DNA of 64,000 bases from Hormiphora californensis (Eukaryota > Animalia > Ctenophora). Positions 1 to 17,000 of the stretch are shown piece by piece. How positions within the stretch are numbered: the stretch's first letter is position 1; each line of letters opens with the position of its first letter. The position numbers were made by a program, and so were the translations under genes. The stretch is from positions 5,208,001 to 5,272,000 of the forward strand of contig CM035361.1 of assembly GCA_020137815.1 (NCBI GenBank), read 5' to 3'. The notes under the pieces are model-generated. The model worked only from the letters and a program-made list of their open reading frames with translations, did no database searches and was not told the origin of the DNA.

Positions 1-3
1 CTC

Positions 4-39
<36 letters not shown>

Positions 40-52
40 TATCTATCTTCAG

Positions 53-3000
53 TTTGTTGGTAGAGGGTGTGTATCTGGAAAGGATCTCGGGGACCCTTAC
101 CTACGGCAACATGTCCTCACCCTAGATGTACAGGGAGAGGGTACAGAGGGGAGTGTTTATGTTTATCAGCTGTATCATGAAGGTAAAAATAATCCAAGAA
201 GAAATATAAAGTTGGACAAATACAATGGAAATGAACCACTCAATAAACACAAAACACACTTGTCCGGCCCCATGCGAAGAGATACAAGTACCTCCACAAG
301 CTTGTAGGGCACACAGTGAGAATGTGACTATGAGTGGGTAGTGTGGGTGAATGAGGTGGAATGTGAGGGTGAGAATGATGGAATGTGGCGATATCACACA
401 CATTCTATGACCCCTCTCCGTATCACATATTGTTTAGTTGGATTGTCTGCTATCAACTTCTTAAAAATCTCAACTGTTCTCTTTCTCTCCACTCTCTCCT
501 CAAACGTTCTATCTGGGGAAAGATAAATATCAGAAAAGTTCTCGGTCTCTCTCAACTCTCTAGCCTTCCTCAATAGAGTCACAACATTCTCTCTCGATGA
601 CAGTGTCGCCACAATTGGTCTCGCCTTGTCACTACTCTTCACGCCAATTCTCTTCACATCAGACAGCTTGAACTTCTCGTTTAGAGCCCCGACGATTTCC
701 TCAACACACTCTTGATCCACCTTCGCAGTTTCGGGTGTATCCTGTTCGCCATCCTCTTCATCAACGTTGTAGAAAATGATGTTTCTGCTCCTGTCAGTTT
801 CCTCTTCCTTCTTCGGTGGTGCTGATGCTCGCTTGATCACTGCCTGCAATCTTGATGGTGCCACTGCCGCTGCACAGTTACTTGACACTACAGAGGAAAA
901 AGACTTCATTTCTCTCTCAACTGTTTGGGCCACTGCTTTGGCTGCACTCAGCTCCTCGTCTTGCAACTTGATCACTTTCTTTTGCAACTGGATCACATCT
1001 TTCTGGTACGTTTGCAGCTCCTTCTCTAGCTCAGTAATCTTCACTAGCTTCTCATCATTAGTCATCTTCACCCGTTGGTTGAACGTGTCCATAACAGGGA
1101 GACACTTGTAGAACAGAAGGTTAGACAACTCCTTAATAAACTCAAGCAACCTCTTTTTGTTCTGTTTCTCCATGCGAGCATCTCCACCAGTACCAAAAAT
1201 GTGCTCATTTCTCTCAGCCTTGTATATAACATCATTATAGGACAAAGAGTAGCCTCCAACAGTCACTGAGAATTGGCTGGCAAGTGTAGAAATCTCTTGG
1301 GCAATGAGTTGGGTTGGATCAGAACCTTCGCTTTCATTATCACTCTCCATAACGGTTCAATCACAAAGAATGGATAGCTACACAGACGTGCAACGAAACA
1401 ACGGTGATAGGAAGTAGAAGTGAAGAGAGATCTCTCGATAACATTGAACTGAGATTTCTGTGGCGCTGCCAGACAGTTCCATCGTGGAAAGATTTAAGAA
1501 ATCCCTTTTACATATCCTTAAATCAACTTTATGACATTTATGATGTTTATATTCCCCCCTGTTTTCAGAAGTCGGGAATGAGGAGATTGAACAGAATGGA
1601 GAAACGATCAGTACGGCACAACACTGGCTTCTTCCATCGCACGACTTTGTTGGGCTCTGGGATAGCTTGGTTTATGATCAGGTACAGGGTAATATAACTT
1701 TTTGCCTCTGCTTTTCTTGAGAAGAGGTGCCCGGAACAAAGATAGATAAAAATTCCAACCTTTTAATCACGGCACCCACTCTTCCTCGTTTCTAAATAGA
1801 GAGATTCCCTTATTTTCCTAATAATCACATTCTCCCTTGAAGGAGATCAAGGAGGATCTACTACGGTATGCTCAGACGACCCTCGCATTCTCAGACGCTG
1901 GGATTGATAGTAATATTATTAGTTGGAATAAGGTAAGATGCAAACAAAGTTGAGCGATCAAAAAAATTTCGATTCGATCTCGATTCGATCTTTGAGGGTT
2001 GAAAAACTTTCGATTCGATCTCGATTCGATCTTTCGGTGTTCAAAATAAACAAACAATCAACCGCACATACAAACAAACACTCTAAAACATAAAACCACA
2101 AAAACAAACAAACAAACAAACAAACAAACAAACAGTATATTACAAACATTACAAACAACCGCACATACAAACAAACGCTCTAAAACACAAAACCACACAA
2201 ACAAACAGTACAAACACACAAACAATTTCAGGTGGTTTTGTTACATGGTCCTCCTGGAACAGGGAAAACAAGTTTATGTAAAGCACTGGCCCAGAAACTC
2301 AGCATCCGATTATCTGATAGGTCAGTTACAGGAACCGACCGAAACAAGTAAACAACCAATACGAACTCGTTATTTAGGTCACGTGACTGGTTATCAGCCA
2401 ACCAGGGACTAGTATTTCCTGATTCGGTCGGTTCCTGGTATGTTCTAACCCTCCTTTGTCGGGGCGCACGAAACACAGTCTAGCTAGGCAATTAATGTTC
2501 TGTGGCTCACACCGCATTTCATTTCATAAAATTAGAAGCACGCTCCGTTTGCGTGTATAAAGGACGTGTGGGTGAATTAGAGATAATAAGGATAAGTCCA
2601 GGGGCGATCTAACATTCAAACCTCCAGGTATACACATGGCCAGCTGCTAGAGATCAACTCCCACAGTTTATTCTCAAAGTGGTTCAGTGAAAGTGGGAAA
2701 CTTGTTCAGAAAATGTTCGATAAAATTCAGGTCAGTAAAGTCTAGTGGGAGACACTAGCGTGGTACACGCAAAAAAATGCGCGCCACACCAATTTCGTTT
2801 TGGCTCATAACTCCTGTTCCTGATAAGATAAAGACTTCAAACCTTCGCCATTCGATGGGGCTTGAAATTTCCTTTCCAACGGTACCCAAACTCTGTAGCT
2901 TATCAGGAACCGGAGATATCATCAATTATGATAATCGTGTGGCACGCATTTTTTTGTGCGTACCACGCTAGTGTCTCCCACTAGTCGGATTTTTTAAAGT

Positions 3001-6000
3001 TGTCTTTACTTTACTCCTTTATGAAATACGATATAAATACGCATATCCGTGTGTTTTTGACGATGGGAATTTCCGATTTTACCGAAATCCCCTAAAATGA
3101 CATCTTATTTACGCAGGAACTGATAGATGATCCTCAAGCGCTTGTTTTTGTGCTAATAGACGAGGTAGAGAGCCTAACAGCGGCACGACAGTCCATGACT
3201 GGTTCAGAACCATCCGATGCGGTATGTTAGTTCTCCTTATATGGAGTTATGTCTAAATATGGTAGCCATACCAAATATGGCATTGTGTGGCGGACCACTT
3301 AATCACACTTCCTGCTTAGGTACGAGTTGTCAACGCACTTTTGACACAGCTGGACGCGATAAAGAAGTATCCAAATGTTCTTATTTTGACAACCTCGAAT
3401 GTTTCTGGTAAGCATTATAACATTGATTGAAAACTTCATGGCCTTTTAGACCCCTAATTATAGGGTAAAACCTTGTTTTTATACCCCTTGTTGTAGCCTG
3501 TAAGGACACTCCAGCCAAATTCATTCTAAAATTTTGGCTGCTCCCAAATGTGTTGCACTACTGATTAAAACTGTCTTCCTCTCTCCCTAGGTAATGTTGA
3601 CCTGGCCTTTGTGGACAGGGCAGATATAAAACAGTATATTGGTCACCCGGGACCCCCTGCTATCTATACCATCCTGAAATCTTGTCTAACTGAGCTGTGC
3701 CGAGTGGGCATCATACAAGGTGAGGCCTCGGAGCGCTTACTTTTTGAAGATTTTGAAAATCTTACCACCCTCTGATTGTACATACTGTTAAAATACAAAG
3801 GCCGATCAAGATCAAGAGATTAGAGATGAGTGCTAACAATTTAATATTTCTTTAGCTGAGGAGCTGATGGGTCATCGGGCGGTTGCAGCACTCGCCAAAT
3901 CCAACCCAAATCACACTGTTCTCCCTCTAGTTAAAGTAACGATCTCACCCTTCTCTCCCTCTAGTTAAAGTAACAATCTTACCCTGCTCTCCCTCTAGTT
4001 AAAGTAACAATCTCACCCTTCTCTCCCTAGCTGAGGAGCTGATGGGGCATCGGGCGGTTGCAGCACTTGCCAAATCAGCCCCAAATCACCCTGCTCTCCC
4101 TAATCAAAGTAACAATCTCACCCTGCTCTCCCTCTAGTAAAAGTAACAATCTCACCCTGCTCTCCCTCTAGTTAAAGTAACAATCTCACCCTGCTCTCCC
4201 TCTAGTTAAAGTAACAATCTCACCCTGCTCTCCCTCTAGTTAAAGTAACAATCTTACCCTGCTCTCCCTAGCGGAGGAGCTGATGGGGCATCGGGCGGTT
4301 GCAGCACTTGCCAAATCAGCCCCAAATCCAACATGCTGTAGTCAGCGGTTATATGGCATTGCAGAACGGTGTGTGGGACTGAGCGGCAGGACGTTACGAA
4401 AACTACCCTTTCTCGCTCACTCCTACTCAGATTTCAGGTAACTTGTGAGGTTCAGGTACTGAGATTTTAGGTAATTTATCGCTTTCTGTCGGATTGGTTC
4501 CAGTAAATCGAGGTTTTAGGTTTGACTGTATTGATATTCATTATCCAATACCCCTGCTCCTCCCCAGTCCAAAGATCTTAAAAAATGCTGCGAATCTAAA
4601 AATTTTATCGAAAATTTGCTCCCACCAAATTTTGAAGCTCACCTCAATAACATTAATTGTGTTTAACAACTTTTTTGTGGTCAGCATTAGAGAAAAAATG
4701 TTTAAATTATTTTGCACAAAAGAGGAAAAAGTTTTGAAAAAAGTTTTTTAGCACAATCTTTGCACTGGGTGCTCCTCCAGCCCAGTGCGAAATGTTGACC
4801 AATTTATCAATCTAATTGATATCACTGTTATGCTTAAATTTATGATTTATTGCACCCCCATCATCATCATTACACGCTAGTGGCGCTTGCCAGCGCTGCG
4901 ATTTTTTTTTCAGGTGCTAACACCGACCATTATATGTACTCCTAGATAGTAGATATGGTCTTGTTTTTTTTTAACTGGTCGTCCGACCAAAATTTTTCAA
5001 TCAAAGATTCCGATACATTAGCATAACAGCCGGGGGTTGATTTTCATATACTCAGATGGTGCGGTGTTCAAATTTCCTTTTAGCGAAAAAACCAGACCTC
5101 TATCTTACTCCTGAGCGGTGCTATTAATGAAAATACGACGTGCGGTGCTCTTGTGCGGTGCTGACCTCTAATTTGCCTCCTGATGCCTCTTATAAGTTGA
5201 AATTTCAGGAATCGATGACCATAATTTTTTCCCAATCAACAAAACTAACATCGATAAAAATTTTACTCTTTTAGTGCGGTGCAGGCCTAAATTTCTGCTT
5301 TTTTCTTACTCTTGAAGGGTAAAATGAGCAAATAGCATTACGGTTTCTTGCACACCTTTTCTATAGACATTTCTTGATACTATGAACCTAAAATCAACAC
5401 TAAAGTTTACTCATGGGGTGCGGTGCAGATGCTTCAAAAGTGGGTGCATATTGCGACTTGTCAACTGCACCGCATTTAATGAGTAAATACGTCTGAAAAC
5501 TAGCTAGTGGTGTAGCTAGTGTCTATATCAACTGTTTCTGATCAAAATTGGAATCATTATTACTCATTTGGTGCGGTGCATGGGCATTTTAATAGAACTT
5601 GATATTTTCCGTGTCACCGCACCAAATGAGTAAATTTTTTGATTTTTTTTTCAGCACTAATTGTTCCTTTACAAATGAGGAACGTATTAGTCAACATTTG
5701 GGGAATAATAGAGTCCATTTGATACTATAAAACCTCGATTTAAAAATGCTGCTACTTTGAGTGCCAATTGCACCGCACTAGATGAGTCACATGCTTACTC
5801 ATCGCTGTAGGCAAGATTTATAGACCAATTATCTGCAATTTTACTCAAAAATTGCAGTTTTATTATTTGTCCTGAAGATTTTGTACCAGTTTTAGCAAAC
5901 GTGGTCATATGCACCGCACAACATGAGTAAAGTTTAAAAACACAAGCTTAAATTACTCTCAAGACACTTTTACATCATAATTTTGATTTTTAGCAATTTT

Positions 6001-6767
6001 GAAAAAATATTTCTTACCTAAATACTCCTTTTTCCAAAATTTGTCAAATTTTCAGTCGAGGAGACGACCAGTTAAAAAAAAACAAGACCATATAATGTCA
6101 AAAGTAGTTTTTATTGCTCGGATAGTCGTTAAAACTGCTGGAATACACGGAATGCATATGTGCATTTAAGATACTCCTGGGGGCCCTTGCCGGCGCTGCG
6201 AAATTTTTCAAGGGCTAACACCGACCATTATTATGATTCAGTGATATACAACTCTCAGTGATAGTGAGAGAGAGATATTCGTGCTCTAAAATTGCTCTCC
6301 AATGCGGCATCAATACAGGGTGATATTTTCCAATGCACCATCAATGCATTGGTGGCGCATTGGAAAATATCACCCTAAAAATATCACCCTCATAGACAAA
6401 AATTATAGCACTTTTTTCGACCGGATTTCACATTGATAACACCTTGAACAACGTTTCGCACTGGGTCCTCCAGTCTCCCCTCCACCTTCGTCACGATGCC
6501 TCATCATCATTATTAATCTCTCTATATTTCAGGTCAGGTCCCCCTTCACTGGATGTATTTCTAACGGCCCTAAGGGGTGCAGTTGATAGACAGTTGGAGG
6601 ATAGAAAGAACCTAGAAAAGAGACACCTCACTTCAACTAACTGGTCCATGATATCTTGTTGGGTAATGTTACATCACTACATCGCTTTGTTATGTTCTAA
6701 TCCTCTCGTGAAGGGAGGGTCTCATAGTGTTGGGGTTGGGGAATCTAATGAACAATTGGTGATATGA
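53..6767 (+). CDS. TRIP13: Pachytene checkpoint protein 2 / TRIP13 AAA+ ATPase (5' end outside window). Exons ~53-182, 1569-1681, 1843-1932, 2232-2320, 2628-2730, 3117-3221, 3320-3407, 3591-3719, 4272-4437, 6533-6767
   Basis: GT-AG exons splice in frame to [19 protein letters not shown], Walker [45 protein letters not shown], Walker [53 protein letters not shown]. These are diagnostic TRIP13/Pch2 motifs. Exact C-terminus uncertain. Confidence 0.95.
394..1350 (-). mobile_element. Intact 318-aa LINE ORF1-like protein (coiled coil + RRM-like/CTD, CR1/L2/Jockey-group type) nested antisense in a TRIP13 intron; no ORF2
   Basis: Intronless ORF with a coiled coil followed by [13 protein letters not shown]...KRIG...ARPIVATL...[12 protein letters not shown], typical of non-LTR ORF1p. 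Lies inside intron 183-1568. Confidence 0.7.
2329..2437. mobile_element. hAT-like MITE family A (~109 bp, TIR CAGGAACCGACCGAA)
   Basis: 15-bp TIRs. Other copies at ~15032-15129 (partial), 19633-19741, 27482-27590, 30661-30769, 32025-32117, 33357-33465, 38170-38278, 44408-44505, 45211-45319, 58375-58490, 59879-59987, ~60918-60993 (partial). Perfect 8-bp TSDs at 19633 (ttgtcgag), 32025 (gtaattga) and 59879 (gttgggac). Confidence 0.9.
2742..2984. mobile_element. MITE with ~45-bp TIRs (CTAGTGGGAGACACTAGCGTGGTAC...)
   Basis: Left end ctagtgggagacactagcgtggtacacgcaaaaaaatgcg matches the reverse complement of the right end cgcatttttttgtgcgtaccacgctagtgtctcccactag. Confidence 0.8.
3856..4271 (+). 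repeat. Intronic ~34-bp tandem repeat (ctctccctctagttaaagtaacaatctcaccctg) with two partial duplicates of the downstream TRIP13 exon start
   Basis: ag|C(T/G)GAGGAGCTGATGGG.CATCGGGCGGTTGCAGCACT occurs at 3856, 4031 and 4272. Confidence 0.9.
4953..6093. mobile_element. ~1.1-kb non-autonomous DNA element with ~30-bp TIRs and many internal GTGCGGTGC/GCACCGCAC subrepeats
   Basis: TIR atatggtcttgtttttttttaactggtcgtc / gacgaccagttaaaaaaaaacaagaccatat. Subrepeats are mostly forward in the left half and mostly reverse in the right half. No ORF. Confidence 0.75.
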
Positions 6768-6956
6768 TAACTGATTTCCTCTTTTTACAGGGGACATCTA
6801 GGGCAGGGGGTTGGTGGGGGTGTTCTTTTTAGGCACAATTAAAACCCATGAAATTTTGTTTTGAAGAATTTTTATCAAAGAAATGATGGCCAAAACAGAC
6901 CAAACATTGTCCATTATATCAAGACATCGTAGCTACATGGTCGGGCCACCCTGTCA

Positions 6957-7621
6957 CTAATAATAAATACAATGAGACGAATCACCGCACTCCATCTTAC
7001 CCTTATTACATTGACACGATTTAGGGCACCTATCTTCGTCATCATACGCAGAGACCCGAGCTCCATTACTGGCCCATCCGTAGTTCCAATTCCAGTTTTT
7101 GTAGTAGCACTTGTTGATACACGCTCTCTCTTGACACCGTGCAACACCACCCTTAGCACACCTGCACCTATTGCACCCATCGTGGTACCTGTCACCAACA
7201 AACACCCTACCAGTACTACCATCAGATTCTGCAAACATACAGCAGTCCGTGCCTTGCGTGCACTCGATAACTGAAATGTGGTAATTTGTGGTAAGGGCCG
7301 GTCGCACCACCTTGAATTAGATTATGGGCCCCCAATTATTCAAACTAGATAGCTTTTAAACTTTAAACGTATCGATTGTCCATTGACTCAATTTGACTAA
7401 AATAAAATGTAACCTTTTTCTCTTTCTGTCGTAAAAAAAGGTGACTTACTGCCGGCTTTACAAGTGCACACTTCACATCCATGATCCCAGGAATCCCCAT
7501 CTTGGAAGTACATCATATTCCAACCACACCCAACTGATGTTGTCACAATCCATGGGGTATCACTACCCACCACCATGAGGGGCACAAAACAAGCCAGCAA
7601 GACCACAACGACTCTCTTCAT
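6957..7621 (-). CDS. Small secreted cysteine-rich protein (~160 aa) with three short VWC/pacifastin-like modules. Exons 7621-7450, 7270-6957
   Basis: Signal peptide MKRVVVVLLACFVPLMVVG. Modules GCEVCTCKAG, DGCNRCRCAKGGVARCQERAC, CPKSCQCNKGKMEC. Minus-strand gtaagt donor and tttcag acceptor join in frame. Confidence 0.8.
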
Positions 7622-7994
7622 GATACAACGTATTGGAACAGTAAACTGCGAGAATTAAAGAAAGGAGCGAAGGATTGTTTTTATACCGAGCTGAATCCTG
7701 GATGCATAATTAGATTTGGATGAATCCCAATTTTTCGCTACCTTCCGCAAATCATTAATTCATTCTCTCCATCACTTTTATTTTCATTATATTATGCATT
7801 ATCATGCATTTTAATTTCATTATATTATGCATTTTCTTGGTAATGAAATTCCCCCTCTGCGCTAGCTCACGTGACTTCGTAACCAATGCATTATCATGCA
7901 TTATGTCATGTCTTTACAAGAGTAATGATATCATGTCTCATAAGCTCTTCGCAAAAATGACCTGCTGAATGCTGGATTGGCATGTGTACCAAAG

Positions 7995-8209
7995 GGTAAG
8001 CGGACTCTAGTGCTAAAATCACGAAAAGCGAACTCGAGATTTCGGCTGTTAGGCCGGAAACGAGAGTTTGCTGTGCCTCTATACTCGTCTAGAAGTGTTA
8101 TGGCCGTTATTTGGGTTCGAGTTTAGGGGTTAGTGTAAAGGTTAGGGTTAGATATAGAGTCCCCCTTGGGTTTAGATATAGAGTACGTTAGCACTAGAGT
8201 CCGCCTACC
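7995..8209. mobile_element. MULE-like MITE (21-bp TIR GGTAAGCGGACTCTAGTGCTA, 9-bp TSD gtaccaaag)
   Basis: TSD at 7986-7994 and 8210-8218. Internal TTAGGG-like tract. Confidence 0.85.
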
Positions 8210-8684
8210 GTACCAAAGTGCTCTACCTTGGGACGGGCGAGGGCCGAGGTGGGGAGGCGGCTGGGGTGGAGGGTTTTGGTGGTAACTGAAAAAGGAATAT
8301 ATTGGATCCGGTTATTAATTATTCTAACCCTCTTTGACAAAATTGGTCGCACGGTGAGAGAGGTTCGAGTAAGACATGGATCTGGTTTATTTTGTATAAT
8401 TTATGGAGTCTTTTTAAGCGAGTTTTCATTTTAATATTTTGTCTCCGATATAATTTGTACAAGTATTTATTATTTGCAACGAACTTTGTAACAAGACCCA
8501 AGTGTCCATTTATTTGTATTACTCAACCACCCTGATCCAACCAACCACCCCCCCCCCCCACCCCCGTTTTACTAGGAAACTAAACAACTCTTTCGTATTT
8601 CACTAGAAAATTAACTTAACCAAATTTCTCTTTTTGTATTCTACTAGGAAACTAACAAACTCTCTCGTGCATATTAGCTAAACC

Positions 8685-13640
<4,956 letters not shown>

Positions 13641-14098
13641 ATAAAATGTTGAATTTAGCTTTTTATGTGCGGTATTTGTTTTGTTCAAATCCATTTTAGA
13701 GAGGGTCGAAAAAGGAAACACGGTATATATTGTCGCTGTTACACAAACATATTTTCGAGTATTTTTAGACCTTTGTCAGTCATACACAGCTGTATCTTTT
13801 TTGCCCCGGTATACGCCCCTCCCTCCAGTACCTTTCACCCTCAAGCTCCCCTCCCCTTTTCTCGGAGTCAGCAATAGTAGACAGTCTGAAAAAGTCAAAT
13901 CTGATCCACCGAACCCCCACAGAGTCAACCCTCCGAGCTCCGAGCTTCTTAGAAACTCTCTTAAAATATGTATATCCTCTCCCTACACATAGCTCTAATC
14001 ATGTCCTCTCTTAAAATATATCCTCTCCCTATATCATCCTCTCCCTATATCAAACTCCCTTAAAAATATATCCTCTCCCTGTATGCATAGCTCTTATC

Positions 14099-17000
14099 AT
14101 GTCCGTTATTCACGTTGAGACTGACGAACAGATGGTCCAGGAAGTTGCAAAGGCGGAATCCAAGGTAACACATTAATTAGCTAATTAGTTAGCTAATTAG
14201 TTAGTTAATTAGTCAATTAGTTGGTTAATTAGTTAATTAATGGGTTAATTACCGACACAAATTATATTAGCATTACACAGATCGGATCTATCGGTGATCA
14301 GTACTTGTTTTGTTCAAATCCAACGAAAAGAGGGTCGAGCAAGGCAAGGTCTCAATAATTTTAAACCCCCCTTCTCTCCTCAGATAATTGTGGTGGATTA
14401 TTTTGCAACATGGTGCGGCCCTTGTCAGCGCGTTGCACCTGTGTTCTCTCAGCTGAGCAGCCGCTTCAAGGATAGCGTCTTTTTAAAGGTACAGTCGGAC
14501 CCCGATTTAGGGCCCCCCGATTTAGTGGCACCCCGATTTAGGGACAGGATTTTTTTCCCCCGATATAGGAAATTAACCTTATTTGACCCCGATTTAGTGG
14601 ACACCCCGATTTAGTGGACAAGAGCCTTTCCCCCGAGGGTGTCCCTAAATCGGGGTCCGACTGTAACAATATAGGTGTTTATGCTATGTTACCTTGTGTG
14701 ACTCACGCTACATTTATTTCATCTGTCAGGGTTCGGTAGATCAAATGTCGCCTCACCACTCTAAGGGCCTTTCCCCACTCCTACACCACTCTAAGGGCCT
14801 TTCCCCACTCCTACACCACTCTAAGGGCCTTTCCCCACTCCTACACCACTCTAAGGGCCTTTCCCCACTCCTACACCACTCTAAGGGCCTTTCCCCACTC
14901 CTACACCACTCTAAGGGCCTTTCCAGACGAGCATATAGTGCAGTTGCTTTTTTGTCTCGTCTGGAAAGGCCCTTAATAATGTCACTTATCTTTTGTCTCG
15001 TCTGAAATGTCACTTCTCAGGTTGATGTAGACAGGTGACCGACCGAATCAGGAAATATTGGTCCCTGATTGGCTGATAACCAGTCACGTGACCTAAATAA
15101 CTAGTTCTGATTGGTTGTTTACTTGTTTCCCTCTCTCCAGGTTGATGTAGACAAGTGCCAGGAGGTAGCAACTCGACAGGGTGTCAGTGCTATGCCAACC
15201 TTTCACGTCTACCGTAATGGAAACAAGTTGGAGGAGCTGAGAGGAGCAGGTACGTTTAGATCTCTTTCCCCACATTTTTTATTAGGCACCCGCCCCCCGG
15301 CCATATAACGTAGATATCTTCCCCCCTACCCCACCACAGTCATGTGAGATGTAGTACAACCGTCATGCACCAGCTACAGTTCACCCCGTCCATATCTTAC
15401 CGGGATACCGTCGAACCCTACCACCGCCCTATCTTTGTCACCATCTTTATCGTGGTTTTAGAGTTGACAAGCGATCGTTTTTTGGGCTGCAGAAAAGTGA
15501 AATATTTCCTTGTTTCAATAGGTGGCAAATATCAGCATCTATCTTCCCCTCTCACTAGACTCTCCTGATTAATTAATTAGGAGGCTAATTAATTGCCTCT
15601 TTCAGATCCAGTAGCGCTAGAACGTATGGTAGAGAAACACTGTAATGCTGAGGCAAATTCAGGAAATACAGGTATAACGGTGGTATGTCATTCTACCAAC
15701 TTTTCGTGATATTGATCGTGTGTTGGCTGTCAGAGCATTGGCCTGACAGTGTGTTGGCGCTATACGCTTACACTGTTATACAGGGGATTGCGTGTTCTGT
15801 GCAAGATCTTGTATTGTGCGTTATTTCACAAATCACGGATTCATGTGTGTCATTAAAATCACGATCATTACTGTCTCTGCTATTTCTGACTGACAGAAAA
15901 AAGTAGCGTGACTGTTGATAAACGAGGTGTCATCACGCAATGTATTGAAAAGTGCCGTACAGTCCGTGACTTCGCTGTTTGAACGGAAACATTTTAGATC
16001 ATCTCTCGCAATGAGAGAAAGAACAAGAGATCAAATACTGAGAACTCGGATTTTCAAAAGCTCCAGGATCTGATATCCAAGTTAATAGTCAGGATGGACT
16101 CGTTAGAGAAGAGAGTCGAGGAGATACCCCGAGAGAGGATGCCGAGTTCGGAATCGATAAATCCATCCCAATTCCAAAAGGTACCTATCCCTCAACCTCA
16201 ACCGTTCCTGAATCCGTGGCAGGCGTGGAATGCCCCACGCCAGTTCGCTCAACCTGCATGTTACTAAATGCCGGCGGTTTTAATCCAGGAGCAAACAGTA
16301 ACACTAGGTGGAAAAGAGATGTCCTATGTCAGGAGTTGATCAGCCTCAATGAGAAGGGTGTTAATGTGCCCTTTATTGGTATCACTGAGTCCTGGCTAAA
16401 GGATTTTCATCTAGATGCCCAAGTTGCTATTCCTGGGTATGCTGTTGTACGTGCAGACAGGTCAAACCGGCAGGGTGGTGGGGCGCTACTCTATGTAGAT
16501 GAGGGTATCCCAATGGAATGGTCATCTAGCTTTGATGACGGGAGGTGTGAAGCACTGTTTTGCAGATTTTCCTCGTGTTCTATGAGCGTTGCTGTGATCT
16601 ACCGACCCCCTGATACACCATCCTCAAGTTTTATTAACTCCCTTGATTTCTTGAAAAAACAGATTGAGAGAATAGACCCAGGTGACGATTTAGTTATCAT
16701 GGGTGACTTTAATCTTCCGGTCATCAACTGGGATACTATACATATAGGTGGTAGGTCTGCTGAGAATACCCGGTCGGCTCAGGCGCTGCTAGATTTTATG
16801 GGATCTAATTTTCTAGAACAGTTTGTTAACCTACCTACTAGGGGTTCTAATATACTCGACCTGTTCTTGTCTAACCGGGAGAGTTTAGTGGAAAATGTGA
16901 GAGTGGTACCCACAGAGATTTCTGATCATAATTTGGTGTCAGTAGGTCTCACTTTCCATCCAGTCTGCCCGAAACAGAGAAGGAGAATCAAGCCAGAGTC

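Noticed and set aside
8120-8152. Telomere-like TTAGGG tract
   Set aside because: Short, degenerate and internal to a MITE; not a telomere.
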